Positions 43,706-58,778 are shown, counted from the first letter of the stretch. The stretch: DNA of 64,000 nucleotides from Eledone cirrhosa (GCA_964016885.1 OZ024753.1:41974001-42038000), one strand, 5' to 3'. Translations and numbers: made by a program. The notes: a model not told the origin generated them from the letters alone.

Positions 43706-43756
43706 AGTTTCAGAAGATCCCGTTGAGGGTGAAAGCACCGATTCTTTGCTTAAACT
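43706..43756 (+). ncRNA. Hammerhead-like motif, family C (CAGAAGA core)
   Basis: AGUUU-CAGAAGA-UCCC GUUGA GGGU-GAAA-GCA..UGC-UU-AAACU. Confidence 0.55.
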
Positions 43757-43772
43757 TTAATCTGCTATTTTA

Positions 43773-43905
<133 letters not shown>

Positions 43906-44942
43906 GTAAACAGAAACAAAGCAAACGACGACACAGTACAATGAAGAAATATATTAGTTTAACGCTTGAAATAACAGGAAAAGGATCTTAACGTGGATAG
44001 AATTAGAAATAACAGGAAAAGAATCTTAACGTGGATAGAATTAGAAATAAAAGATAAAATAGAAAGATAAAGAGTGAGAAAATCCCTCCAATTTCTTGAT
44101 TATTTTCAAATGAGAAATTAGTTATAATACTAAATTCTTCCGTATTCTTGAGAATTTTCAAAATCATTTATAAACTATAGAAAGTTTCTTTAATTATAAA
44201 TATGGCAACGAAAGAGTTAAAACCGGAGACTTAAGCACTGGTATTTAAAAAACAAGAAACCTGTTTTACTTGATCTAAGAAGAAACTATAGTAGCAAGTT
44301 CTCTTTAAAGATGAACTGATCACAGAGAAAGGTCGATCGACTTTCGTCAAATCGGACCGAGGAAACAATGTTTCCGTTGGTCTTTCCAATTGCTAATACT
44401 ATCTATCGGTCGCAACTCCAGGTAGAAGGAGCAACGTGAAATAAAGTGTCTTGCTCAAGGACATAACGCATCGCCCTGACCCGGAATCGAACTGACAACC
44501 TCACGATTGCGAATCCAGTTCTCTAACCACTCAGCCACACGCCTTCACTAATCACAACAAAGTCAAAATTATTCAGAATAGATAAGGGAGTGGGTGAAAG
44601 TGTGAAACATCTGCTGTCACAAACTGGTCTGGAAGGAATATATGAAAATATATGATAATATTACACAGATGGAATCTTTTGGGAATCAACTGGAACATAA
44701 TGGAACGGTATGAGCTTGGAAAGAACTGAGAAATGTTGCGAAGACTAGCTTCTAACTATATTTCTGTTTGGTGTGAAGAAGACATTCTTTGCAAGGTTTC
44801 AACATCTACATTATGTCCACATACTGGAGAACTGGAAGCTTGCTTTCATAATCTCTATCCTCACCTCTCACCTCTTTCTTTCTCATTCTGTTCCTCTTCA
44901 GCATCCACGTCCTCCTCTTTCTATTCCTGCTACTCATCACCT

Positions 44943-44977
<35 letters not shown>

Positions 44978-46127
44978 GCACTATCATCAATGTATCTCCA
45001 ACACCACAATTAGTGCTACCAGGCTCCGAAATACCAACAACACCAACACCAACACCAACACAGCTCCTAGCCAAAACATCACGTGCTTTTAAACCATCCA
45101 CAACACGGCCCAAATTTCACATGTCACCACCAACACCACTACTACCAGCCTCCGAACTACCTTCCACCAGCGCGTGCCACCAAACTACCACCTCGGCTGC
45201 CATCACCAGCAAACTACCACTACGACTGCCATCACCCGACTCCATTTCCTCTTAACACTTTACTTGTCCCTTTATCTGTTTAGTATCGGCAAAGTCGGTA
45301 GAGTGTCGGACAAAATGCTTAGCGGTATTTGTTTCGGGGTTTTACGTTTCGAGTTCAAATCCCACCGAGGTCAAATTTGCCTTTCATCAAAATATCGTAC
45401 CAGTCATGTTCCCGTAACTCGTTTCTAGGACATTTTAAAACATGGCGGAACCCATCTGCTCTCCATGTTTAAATACAGCAGATTTCTTCCAGTGGAGGAT
45501 AGAGAGTGAGAAAGAGATATAGAGGAAAAAGCGGCCCCAGTATTAGACTGGTACATTTTTTTTATCGACCTCGAAAGGATGAGAGGCAAAGTTGACCTCG
45601 ACTGGATTTGAACCCAGAGCAGAACTAATACACCAAAGCATTCTATCCAACGTTCTAACGACCAATTTGTCGCCTCTATTACAGTTAACCTCGGTGGGAT
45701 TTGAACTCAGAGAACAGAGATCCAGAACTAATACTACAAAGTATTCTACCCAACGTTCTAACGACTCTACCAATTCGTCACCTAGTTAAATACTGGGGTA
45801 GATCTAATCAACTTTCAACTCTTCTCTTAATTACTGGCCTTGTGCCTATATTAGAAATAATTATTAGTTTCATTAGTTCTTCGCTTGATCTACAAAGAAC
45901 AGTAAACTTCCATACGACGTCAGCAGTGATGGGCTTTTCCTCACACATTTTATTCCCTGCCTCCTCATGGGATGGGACGGAGAAGTGGACAAGGAGAGGA
46001 AGATGGAAGTGGATCTGTGTATTTAGTTCTATTCTGTCACTTTCCGATGTCACAAGAGGTCTGTCATCGACCGCTCCTTATTTTCTCTTTGTTGTTATAA
46101 GATAATAGCGCTGCGGGGTTATATGAG

Positions 46128-46194
<67 letters not shown>

Positions 46195-46477
46195 CAGAGA
46201 GAGAGAGACAGAGAGAGAGAGACAGAGACAGAGAGAGAGGGAGAGAGAGAGGGAGAGGAGATAGAGAGAGAGGGGAGAGAGAGAGAGGGAGAGAGAGAGA
46301 AAGAGAGTCCGGTGACACTTTATCGTGTGGAAATTAGTAACCTCCCAACAGAGAAGCCCGTCCGTTGACATTTTACTAATTTCTACACGAATTCTGTACC
46401 TAAATTCTATAAAAGTAATGAAACTTTTTGTATCAATTTAGAATCTAATTGATTAAGTTAACATTAGTTAGTGTTAA

Positions 46478-46646
46478 TAATTGTTTCTACTTTTGGCAGG
46501 AAGCCAGCAATTACACAGTACATTACTGGTACTTTATAAGGCAAAGTTAACCTCGGCGGGATTTGAACTCAGACCATAAAGGGCCGTAACTCTTTGCTGC
46601 AAAGCATGGCGTCCGACCCTCTATCGATACTGCTAATCCACCGCCC
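46478..46646 (-). mobile_element. SINE family S1, internally deleted, directly downstream of the 5S copy
   Basis: Head GGCGGTGGATTAGCAGTATCG, B box GAGTTCAAATCCC, and the S1 tail. Confidence 0.85.
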
Positions 46647-46655
46647 TCGTAGGAG

Positions 46656-46775
46656 ATGCTTACAGCACCTAGGTTTCCCAAGCGGTCACCCATCTAAGTA
46701 CTAACTAGGCTCGACGTTGCTTAACTTCGGTGATCGGACGAGAACCGGTCGTTTCAGCGTGATATGGCCGTTAAT
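46656..46775 (-). pseudogene. 5S rRNA: 5S rRNA copy (dispersed, probable pseudogene)
   Basis: Minus strand 120 nt: ATTAACGGCCATATCACGCTGAAACGACCGGTTCTCGTCCGATCACCGAAGTTAAGCAACGTCGAGCCTAGTTAGTACTTAGATGGGTGACCGCTTGGGAAACCTAGGTGCTGTAAGCAT. The first bases do not pair with the 3' end and there is no oligo-T terminator. Confidence 0.9.
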
Positions 46776-47292
46776 ATTAGAGAGAAAGTCACGGCCCGAC
46801 CCCTGACCTATTGTTATTTCGACAAGAAATTCTAGACGATTTCCTAGAGAGAGAGAGAGAGAGAGAGAGGGTTTGCAGTGCTGAGACCGGGGAGACAGAA
46901 CCCGAAACTACTTGGCACCGCGGTCGGGATGTCTGTGTTTATGTGAGGGGGAGGGGGGGGGGGGATATTCAGAGACAAAAACAAAGGGAAAATGTTCAAT
47001 CTAGCACAAGTGGGGCCAGTTTTGGAACCACTACTTCACTATACTGTGATAAAAAAAAAAAAATGCATGTGAAGGCGCATGGTTTAGTGGTTAGAACATT
47101 GGGCTTGCAATCGAAAGGTTGTGAGTTCATTTCTCGGACCGCGTGATGTGATGTTTCCTTGAGCAAGACACTTCACGTTGCTCCAGTTTACTCAGCTGTA
47201 GAAATGGGGTCCCTATCATTAAATCACCGAAGACACCTCCAACGAGATATACCTTGGAGGAGGCCAGCTAAACCTGCAGAGGTGTGAGCTGT

Positions 47293-47323
<31 letters not shown>

Positions 47324-49130
47324 TGATAGCCATGACAGGACCTCGAAACCTAAGGTCGGGCATACATGATAAGTGTATGAAACTTAATATAAACCACACA
47401 CACACACCACACATATATATATATACATATACTTACACACCTCATCCAGCTACATTTGATCCAGTTGTTAATTACAATGAGAGAGAGAGAGGGGGGTGAA
47501 AGGAATGGGAAGATCTTAAACAAAGAACTTCTGGACAGCTGAAACGGGAGTTGTCAGGACAAACAACAATCCCATATATATACACATACCTACATATATA
47601 TATATATATAGTATATACCTACATATATATATATATATAGTATATACATACACTATATATATATAGTGTATGTATATACTATTTTGAGAAGCATCTCGTG
47701 TCACTGTTGATTTGTATTACTAGCAATCTGGGTTATAAGTGCCAAGTTTGAGAGCGACTTCTTCAGACCTCCCACTTCCCAGCATAAGTGCTGTCCGGCC
47801 AATCCTATTTATATACATACAAGCTATATGGCTGAATGAAGACGGGCTTTTTCCTTCTTTTCTTTTCTTTATATCTTTCTTTTTCCTTTTCTTTCTTTCT
47901 TATTAACTTATCTATTTATTTTATAGAAAGTATGAACATGTAAAACTGTTTACTAAACTACTAGTCACTGTGGCCTTTCTGGACGTTCTGCTCCATCTAA
48001 TACCAACATACTAAATGCACTCAGTTTTTATATATTTTATGACACTGTTGTATATTGATTTGGTATTTTTGTTGAATCAGATAACTTCATTGACAAGGGT
48101 TCCCTTCAGTAACTTGTGTTGTAGTAGTTGTTGTAGTTGTTGTAGTTGTTGTAGTTGTTGTAGTTGTTATTGTTGTTGTTGGTTGACATATACCATCAAT
48201 AGAAAACATTCATTAAGAAACAGAAGTAGACGATAATGGTGTCTGATTTAGACACAAGGTCAAACAATTTTGGGGGTCGCAATGAGCACATCATCATTCT
48301 TTATAGTTAACTTTATCTTCGCAGCGCTTTGTAAGAGTCCGAAAGATCAGCTATGTATATACACTGATAAGACAATTATAAAAAAAAAAAGAAAAAGGAA
48401 AGGAGTCGATTGTCAGATGGGACCAAGGAAACAATGTTTCCATTACTCTTTCAATAGTTGATACTATCTGCTGGCCTCGCCATTCCTGGTGGGAAAAAAA
48501 AGGCAATGTAAAGTAAAGTAGTTGAAGAAGACGCATCGATCTGCCCGGTCTTAGAATCGAACCTATGACTTTGTGATCGATCATGAGTTCAACTGTCTAA
48601 CAACTATGACTAAATTATCTCAAACCTAGATCTATGGGGCAAATTATTGCCGCCTTTATTCCCTCTATAACTCTGAGTGTTTGTCAAACACAACTTCATT
48701 TGGTCATTTCATGAGAGTATCTTGGTTAGCCTATGAACTTTCCAACCGACCCTCATGGCGTGTCTGGGAAGAAAAGACGACTCAATTGGCAATTGGTTAA
48801 AAAAATAAAACGTGGTTTTGAATTGTCTCGTGTGAAAAGGCGAGATTTTATAGGTTAAATAAATGCAAATCCCTGTAAACATGTTTTTTTAAGTAATTAT
48901 GTTCAGTATGACTTGTTTTGTTGAAGATCAGATTAGTTATACAAACAATCGGTTAACCGAACAAAATATCCGTCTCGTTCGGATAATTGGGCTCGCACTG
49001 TAAATCTATGTATGTATGTATGCGTATATATGTACGTATGTATGTGTATATATATATATATTTATATATATATATATATATAATATATATATATGTGTGT
49101 ATTTGTATTATATATATATATTTTTTAAAT

Positions 49131-49161
<31 letters not shown>

Positions 49162-49183
49162 CACATGAATAGAGACAGCATTG

Positions 49184-49221
<38 letters not shown>

Positions 49222-49568
49222 GCATTCATGAAATTTGACGAAATACGAAATAATATCATTTTAATTCATAATGACACCAAATGGTAATTTATATGCAATA
49301 AATTAAGAACCAGACAGTAAATGGTATAATGGTAAAATGGTGTAATGGAACCAGAGAATGGTAATGGAGAGCAGGCTTCTATTAGGAAGCTTCAATGTTG
49401 TAATGGAACTAAATAATGGTAAGGAGAGCGGGTTGTTATTATGAAGCTTCAATGGTGTAATTTGTAAAAATAAATACTTTCTACTTAATAAAGTTATTTC
49501 ATGTCTCAAATTTGATATATTACTAGCATGGAAAATGGACGTTGAATGATGATGATGACGATGATACA

Positions 49569-49658
<90 letters not shown>

Positions 49659-49734
49659 TTTTGGAAACCATGCAGGATTAGAGGCAAAATCCGCCAAAGG
49701 GCGGAAAAACTCAGGAGAGTCAACGTATATATGT

Positions 49735-49788
<54 letters not shown>

Positions 49789-49797
49789 TTATATATT

Positions 49798-49850
<53 letters not shown>

Positions 49851-49851
49851 G

Positions 49852-50217
<366 letters not shown>

Positions 50218-50610
50218 ATATATATTTATATATATATGTATATATATATATTGTGAAGCGAAAGACTCCTAGTCTTCATTAAGACATCTCTCTAGGAGAA
50301 GGTCATTTTGATTTAAAACCTGCGACTCGTTTGCATCCAATGATGCAGATCAGTTCTACTTTTTGGCTAAATGTATTCGATGTTCAAAGAGTGGGGCTGG
50401 TCCCATGCAAAGCCTTTCCTCACTTAAAAAAGCTTCAAGCACAGGCATCGCTTGATATGTGACATTTTTTGTGATGCATGGCTGCTGGCCATAGACAAGT
50501 CCCTAGCAGGACTAAAAACCCACGACCGTGATGCTCATGCTTAGGTATCAAACGATAGCATTACTCGAAATCAAATTGCAGCCATCATCATTATGTATGT
50601 ATGTATACAG

Positions 50611-50664
<54 letters not shown>

Positions 50665-50705
50665 GATATTAACAAATGGAAACTATATTTATAAAACCAT
50701 ATTTA

Positions 50706-50766
50706 TTTCATTATACATATTTCAAGGATACCAAGTTAAATTATGGTATGCCTTCATCAGACAAAA
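50706..50766 (-). ncRNA. Type I hammerhead, family E
   Basis: UUUUGU-CUGAUGA-AGGCAUACCA..UGGUAUCCUU-GAAA-UA UG UA-UA-AUGAAA. Stem II AUACCA/UGGUAU covaries with ACACCA/UGGUGU at 16.3 kb. Confidence 0.7.
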
Positions 50767-50923
50767 TACAATATATACCAGTTTTATAAATAAACATTGA
50801 CATACCCTTTCAAAATGCAACCGTTACTTTTGGAAGACATCAGGATTTTTCTCTCTATATATATATAGTTTTTCTATATATATATATATATAGAAAAACT
50901 ACAGACCCTCCATCTCAACTCTA

Positions 50924-50959
50924 CTTTTGAAAAGCACAAGAAATGCGAAACCGGTAAAG
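50924..50959 (+). ncRNA. Minimal hammerhead, U3-A8 core variant (family G)
   Basis: CUU-UUGAAAA-GCA CAAGAAA UGC-GAA-ACCGGU-A-AAG, inside a ~150-bp TA-flanked island. Confidence 0.6.
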
Positions 50960-51037
50960 GAACCAAATAAATATATATTAAAAAAAAAAGATTCCATCTT
51001 TTTTTCTTTATACTTTCACTCGTGTAGGACACCTCGG

Positions 51038-51132
<95 letters not shown>

Positions 51133-51135
51133 AAT

Positions 51136-51170
<35 letters not shown>

Positions 51171-51198
51171 AATATATATATATATGTATATATGTATA

Positions 51199-51243
<45 letters not shown>

Positions 51244-51258
51244 ATATATATATGTATG

Positions 51259-51303
<45 letters not shown>

Positions 51304-51311
51304 TATATATG

Positions 51312-51411
<100 letters not shown>

Positions 51412-51419
51412 TATATATG

Positions 51420-51558
<139 letters not shown>

Positions 51559-51675
51559 AATTTGATCGCTCTTACCAACTGGGGAGATGTCCATAATTGG
51601 ACCTTGAAACCTTAGGTAGCATTTTTGTTCTGTGTAAGAACATAAATAAATAATACAATATATATATATACACAC

Positions 51676-51718
<43 letters not shown>

Positions 51719-52837
51719 ACATATAATACGCACATATATATATGTATATGTGTGGGTGTATATATATATATATATATATATATCGCAGTCTTTGTTCAGC
51801 ATCTCTCCTCCTCTATGTCTTTATGTGACACACTCTTGCCATAAAAGACTTCAGTTTAAACAGCACCAGATTCACAATTTCCTTTTAACAGTTCTTATGA
51901 TTCTTATGAAATTCCCTCGCCGCTTGCCTTGCTCGAACCGACATAAAAGGCGACATTTTCTTTTCTCTTTTCCTTTCTTTTCCCTTTCCATTTTCTTTAT
52001 TTCTTCTTTTTTTCTTTAAATTATTTTCTCCATTCTCTTCTCTTTCATGTCCGCGTTCTTTCTTTGTCCTTTCACTTTCGTTTTCGTTTGTTTTTTTGTC
52101 TTTTTTTTTGTTTTTTTTCATCTTTTAAAAACAGTATCACTGCTGATTTGAGCTTTCAGCATCACTTACACGACAAACCCTGGTCTTTCTAGATACACTA
52201 GCAGCCGACAATCGTTTCATCCTGGAGCTATCTCAATATTTGGTAATCCATTCAAAAGAAAATAATTATATCGAGAGAGGGAAGAAAAAAAGAAGGAAAA
52301 AAGGTGATAGTGATGGTGGTGGTGGTGCTAGTGGTGATGGTGGGGGAGACTGATATAATATTAGTGGCAATTATTGTTTAGAAGACAACAGAAGAGAAAA
52401 TGAAATAAATGTTATATTAGTTAGACTATTGGAGATAATAAACAAACCAACACAAACACAAACCCAACAACAAAAATTCGTTAATATTTCAGAAGTTCAC
52501 ATGACTAACTCGAGGGCTGCCAAAGGCAAGACAAGCTCACATATAATATTCTCATATTCACGAAGATATTTCAAGGATGGGTATGTTAATAAAAAGGGTT
52601 GATAGAATACTGTAGAGTCCCTAATAAAATACTACGTTTGCTTATTTGGTTTTCATCTTGAAATCCCGCCAAGAGTTGTCTCATGGCTTTTCTATTTAAT
52701 ATAAATTTTCTATTTAATATAAAACAGATTCGTATTTTCTACAGAGGGACGCCATGACAGTTTCCAACAATTTCAATAAAAATGAATGAATAAAATAAAT
52801 ATCTCATTTCTTGTGTATCTTATTATACTTCCAATAA

Positions 52838-53362
52838 AGGCGGTGGACTGGCAGTAATCAGCAGAGCGTCGGACAACATGTCTTGCAACATACAGTTAAA
52901 ATTACGGCCCTTTACGTTCTGAGTTCAAATCCTGCCGAGGTTAGCTTTACAGTTGTCTTTCATCCTTACAAGTGGCATACAACATTGTGGAAGAAAGAAG
53001 CAGCGAACGAAGCGACTGTCTATCATAATATCAACTTTTTTAAAACCCATTTTACATCAGTTTTGCCAGTTAAGAATGAATGCATGAACATTATATATTG
53101 GTGGATTATAGAAAGTACCAGTAATATACTGGGATAATCTCTGGCCTTGTGCCAAAAGTAGAAACAATTATATATTGGTGGATTGGCAGTATCGTTAGAG
53201 GGTCGGACGCCATGCTTTGCAGCATAGAGTTACATGCCTTTACAGTCTGAGTTCAAATCCCGCCGAGGTTAACTTTGCCTTTCATCCTTACGGGGTCGAT
53301 AAAATAAAGTACCAGTAATGCACTGGTAAATTGCTGGCCTTGTGCCAAAAGTAGAAACAATT
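52838..53362 (+). mobile_element. Tandem S1 SINEs (full-length copy 53176-53362)
   Basis: A box TGGCAGTATCG, B box GAGTTCAAATCCC, central domain and tail. Other clusters at 37840-38205, 40385-40560, 55945-56085, 59695-60100 and 60910-61530. Confidence 0.85.
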
Positions 53363-53777
53363 ATTTCAAGAAGGAGAGAAATCATTTTTGGCGGTTGAAC
53401 GGAAGTGAAATAAATGAATAAAGAAAGAAAGAAAGAAAGAAAGAAAGGAAGAGAAACAAAAAGAGTTTACAAATGTAGAAAGTAGGTTATGTAAATTAAG
53501 ACGGAAATAGACAGCGTAAGAAATTGTTGTTATTGTCGTCGTTGTTGTTGTTGTTGTTGTTGTTGTTTCGCTACTTAAAAAAAATCATGTAGTATATTTT
53601 CAGCTCGCTCTTTAGTTAGGGGTCACAACATGGCACAATGGTTAGGAGGTTTGTATTTTACAATCAATAGGTCCCGTGTTCGATTCTACTCTGTCACATC
53701 TTGGAGAAGTGTCATTTACCATAGCCTTGTTATTATGATGGCATGGCATGGAGTTACGTCTGTTTACCTTCTGAGTT

Positions 53778-53995
53778 GGACATATGGTTAGAATGTCTCA
53801 GGTAAAAATCGCTGGACAGATTTTACGGGCAAAAACCGACCGACAGTAGACACAGAGCGTAGACCCCGAACAAGATGGCTGGATAACATCCATGAGCTTG
53901 GCTGGTCACGTTTGGGGATCTAGCTGGATTAGTTGGAGACGGTTGCGCCTGACAGGACCCAGTGGAAGGAGAGTTTGAAGACTCTGACCCCCACG
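53778..53995 (+). mobile_element. Decayed RTE LINE C-terminal fragment
   Basis: GHMVRM...RRPRTRWLDNIHELGWSRLGI...DRTQWK with stops and a frameshift. Confidence 0.6.
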
Positions 53996-54605
53996 GAATA
54001 AGTAGGCAAATAAGAACAAGAAGTGAAACTGATGGGTTGTTACCATATATATATATATGTGTGCGTGTGATTCTGTCTCTATTTGTACTCCTACAGAAGG
54101 GCTAAAGCCCAACACGTCGAACTTTCTTTACCCTCTTTCCATATAAAGCGTGAAACTAATAAGACTTTTTGTACCTCTGTTTGTAGTCATATATATATAT
54201 ATATTTATATATATAGTGGCGGACTGGCCAGGTTGCCAGGTTGACCAATGGCATGTGGGCCCTAGGGCGCCCACAGTAGCATTGCAAGAGCCCAATGCTT
54301 TGCTTAAAAAAAATACGTGAAATCTAAGAGAAATAATAAATCTAAGAGAAATAAATAAATAAAACAATTGAGCAAAGCATTTGGTCAACCAATTCCCCAG
54401 GGAATTACTAGAAACCAAAATATACGTTAGTGCAAATAACTGGAATCAGTGTTCGTACATTCTACTAAATCTAAAGCTTAGTGTATTCATTCATGTATGC
54501 AAACATACATATATAGACACGAGACAGAGAGAGGAGGGGGAGACTGAAATGAAACATGGATTACAAGTTAAAATATAGTCTAGATGATGTGAAACAAAAC
54601 GAGGG

Positions 54606-55091
54606 TGTAATTTATGGAACACCCAAATGATTTAGAAGTCGACTTTAAATAGGAGCAATAACCTTAAGAAAGACATGAACGACACCACAACACTTTGTTT
54701 TGAAAGTAGGTTTATAAGTATGAATTTTCATAAGATTTTCGTAGTTGTCTCTGTGGCCTAGTGGTAGATACTAGAGACGGTGGAGATCCTTGTGTTGGGT
54801 TCAATCCTGGTCAAGAGGTACATGTAACCTTTTTCAGTTTTTATTTTACAACCAATAGAAAAAAACTGAAAAGGTTCTCCAGGAACCCTACTCTCGACCA
54901 GAATCAAACGTCAGACCAGGATCCCTACAGTCTATGATTCTCCCAACTAGGCCACCGAGACATCTACTAAAGTATAATGAAAATTGATAATTATAAACCT
55001 ACTTTCAAAATCAAAGTTAAAAAGAGCTCTTAGTAATATTTAGGGTCGACTTCTGGTCATTATTGAAAGTCTCTAGATTCCGTAAAATACA
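54606..55091. mobile_element. Imperfect ~490-bp palindrome containing two convergent tRNA-like units
   Basis: The arms are diverged reverse complements. tRNA-like units lie at 54747-54817 (+) and 54891-54961 (-), each followed by a T-run. Confidence 0.65.
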
Positions 55092-55292
55092 TAATATTTG
55101 TTATTGGAGAAGGTCAGATATTTTCCGCAAAAATTTGATTGCATTGTTTTGTTTCCACTTATGTATTTTTCGGAAATGTTATTTATTCATTATAAAAATT
55201 AAATGATAGCATTCTATATGTAGGTGGGCCCCCTTCATCTCCTGGCAACCAATATTTTTAGACCCAGAACTATATATATATTATATATAATA

Positions 55293-55321
<29 letters not shown>

Positions 55322-55323
<2 letters not shown>

Positions 55324-55553
55324 TTATTAAAATAACAGATTAAAGTTTAAGCAAAGAATAGCTGCTTTCACCCTTAACGGGATCTTCTGAAACTGAGTTC
55401 CAGAAAATCCCGTTAAGGGTGAAAGCAGCGATTCTTTGCTTAAACTTTAATCTGTTGTTTTAATAAATATTTGCTCTACGGTTCTTATAAATTTGATATA
55501 TATTTATCCTTATCGAGCCCTCTTTGGATTTTAGTCTTCAAATTTATTATTAT

Positions 55554-55558
<5 letters not shown>
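55322..55558 (+). mobile_element. HHR-like element family C, fold-back copy
   Basis: Palindrome 55322-55469 with a complete CAGAAGA motif on the minus strand at 55344-55394, plus tail; TA-flanked. Confidence 0.75.
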
Positions 55559-55622
<64 letters not shown>

Positions 55623-56514
55623 GACACGCGTAACTGGCAGCCAGGTAAATCGACCAGGCCAAAATTTCAAATCACTGCCACTTTTCTACTTTACCTAGAA
55701 AATATACTTCTCCACTCTACCCATCAGTATTGATTCCTCGTTCAGTTCATTCAGTTACACGTATATAATTTCCTTTATCTACGGCCTCTGTTTCTCAGAC
55801 TTGGCTGATTTCGTGAGACCTATACACTCAAGCAGTCCTACCACACACTTCTTTCCTGGTGTATATCTCCAACTACCAGATACCATATAAACACAACTGC
55901 TTTATTTCCTTCATCTGTTGACCAACCCTATATAGCTTCCAACCTATCACTGGTACTTTATTTTATTGACTCCGCAAGGATGAAAGGTTAAGTTAACCTC
56001 GGCGGGATTTGAACTCAAACCATACAGGGGCGTAACTTTATGCTGCAAAGCATGGCGTTCGACCCCTCTACCGATACTGCCAATGATGATAATACAAAAA
56101 TCAGTTACACGTATATAATTTCCTTTATCTGTTGACCAACCCTATATAGCTTCCAGCCTATAAAAACTTTATCCAATACTTTTGCTTTGCAGCAAAAGTT
56201 TTAACTCTAAGTGTGAGTCTCGAGATGAGTTTCTCATATTTTCTCTGTGTTTCCGAGTTCCTGTACTTTTCTAATTATTTCTGTCGTTTCAGTTTACACT
56301 TTCAGTCGGTGCTAACAAATTAAAGATCCCCCCCCCCCATCTCTCTCTCTCTCTATATATATATATATACACACACATTCACACACATTCATATATATAC
56401 ACACATATAGACACCCATATATACACACACATTCATATATATATATGTGTAAATATATATATATATATATATATATACACTGACACATTCATATATATAT
56501 ACACACTCACACAC

Positions 56515-56545
<31 letters not shown>

Positions 56546-56706
56546 TTCATATATATATATATATATATACACATACACTTACACACATATATACATATAT
56601 ACACACAATCACATACATACATATATATAAACATTTATATATATATACACACACAATCACATACATATATATGTACACACACATTCACACACACACACAC
56701 ACAATC

Positions 56707-56751
<45 letters not shown>

Positions 56752-56768
56752 ATCACACACACACAATC

Positions 56769-56815
<47 letters not shown>

Positions 56816-56877
56816 ATCACACATATATATATATACACACAATCACACATATATATATATATATATATACACACATT

Positions 56878-56908
<31 letters not shown>

Positions 56909-57145
56909 ACACACACACACACACATATATATATTAAACACAACCATCTATATTAATGAGTGCTAAATTTCAACCAAGCGCTCCGCTCCTTTATTCCGCC
57001 CGACTCCAGCAAGCTGCAGCTCTGCCAAAAACTACCAATAAGTGTCAAAGAGAAACGTAACGAAACGCAAGAACTGCCACCACCTCAGAAATAACCTCCT
57101 CCCACCCACCCTCTCCCTCTCTCTCTGTCTGTCTCTCTCTCTCTG

Positions 57146-57197
<52 letters not shown>

Positions 57198-57244
57198 ATT
57201 AGTGCTCGCAGAAGACACGAGACACAAAATGGAAAGGATTATTT

Positions 57245-58240
57245 ATTCCACCACCACCACCACTACCACCACCGCCACCGCCACCACCACGGCCACTACT
57301 ACCACCACCACCACCGCCGCCGCCACCACCACCACCACTATTACTACCACCGCCGCCACTACTAAACACTACCACCACCACTACTACTACTACCACCGCC
57401 GCCACCACTGCCGCCACTACTACCCCCCTCCCCCCACTACCACCACCACCACCACACCGCCACTATCACCACCGCCGCCACCACCACACCGCCGCTATCA
57501 CCACCACCACCACCACACCGCCACTATCACCTCCACCACCGCCGCCATCCCCACCACAGCTAAAGGCACATTTCTTTATATTATTATTTGTGTTTCTATA
57601 TTTTTGTCGTTTTTGATTTCTTGTTGTGGTTGTTGTTGTTGTGGTTGTTGTTGTGGTTGTTGTTGTGGTTGTTGTTGTTGTGGTTGTTGTTGTGGTTGTT
57701 GTTGTTGTGGTTGTTGTTGTGGTTGTTGTTGTGGTTGTTGTTGTTGTGGTTGTTGTTGTGGTTGTTGTTGTTGTGGTCCCTTCATTTGCCAATGGTTGGA
57801 AGATGGTTGGCATTCTGCAAAGAAAGAGTTTTTACCCGCCAGCTAGAAACTCTTTCTGATGTTAGCTACCTTACTATACAACAACAACTACTACCACCAC
57901 TACAACTACAACAACTACTACCACCACTACAACTACAACTATCACAACTACTACTACCCCTACTACTACTACTGCTACCACTACCACTGTTACCACTACC
58001 ACTACTACTGTTACCACTACCACAACTACTACCACCACTACTACTGCTACCACTACTACTGCTACCACTACTATTATTACCACCACCACCATCACCACTA
58101 CTACTGCTACCACCACTACTACTGCTACCACCACTACTACTGCTACCACCACTACTACTACCACCAACACCACTACTACTATTACCACCACCAACACCAC
58201 TACTACCACCACCACCACTACCACTACTATATCATCATCA
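57245..58240. repeat. Trinucleotide repeat complex (CCA/CTA/TTG)
   Basis: Read directly; it explains the poly-T/H/Y/C/V ORFs. Confidence 0.9.
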
Positions 58241-58397
58241 TACACCGAAAGAGGAAAAATGAATAGTCAGAAGGATTATTTTTATTATTATTATTAAAGT
58301 GGAAGAGAGAAAATGCCATGTTGTATTTTATAGTGGGAGACATAATGACGACGACTGACACGACTACCACCACTACTACTACCACCATTGATGTAGG

Positions 58398-58450
<53 letters not shown>

Positions 58451-58565
58451 ATAATAATTGTTTCTACTTTTGGCACAAAGCCAGCAATTACTCAGTACAT
58501 TACTGGTACTTTATTTTATCGACCCCGTAAGGATGAAAGGCAAAGTCAACCTCGGCGGGATATAT

Positions 58566-58778
58566 AGTAAAAATAATAAATTTGAAGACTAAAATCCAAA
58601 GAGGGCTCGATAAGGATAAATATATATCAAATATATAAGAACCGTAGAGCAAATATTTATTAAAATAACAGATTAAAGTTTAAGCAAAGAATAGCTGCTT
58701 TCACCCTTAACGTTTCAGAAGATCCCGTTAAGGGTGAAAGCAGCGATTCTTTGCTTAAACTTTAATCTGTTATTTTAA

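Noticed and set aside
44575-44860. Possible LINE RT remnant (WNIMERYELGK..MLRRL)
   Set aside because: Too degenerate to assign by eye.
46656-46775. Functional 5S rRNA gene
   Set aside because: Solitary copy with an altered 5' terminal stem and no terminator, so it is called a pseudogene.
57202-58266. Cys/Gly-, Gln/Pro- and Tyr/His-rich ORFs resembling metallothionein or structural proteins
   Set aside because: Trinucleotide repeats open in all frames, with no unique coding context.
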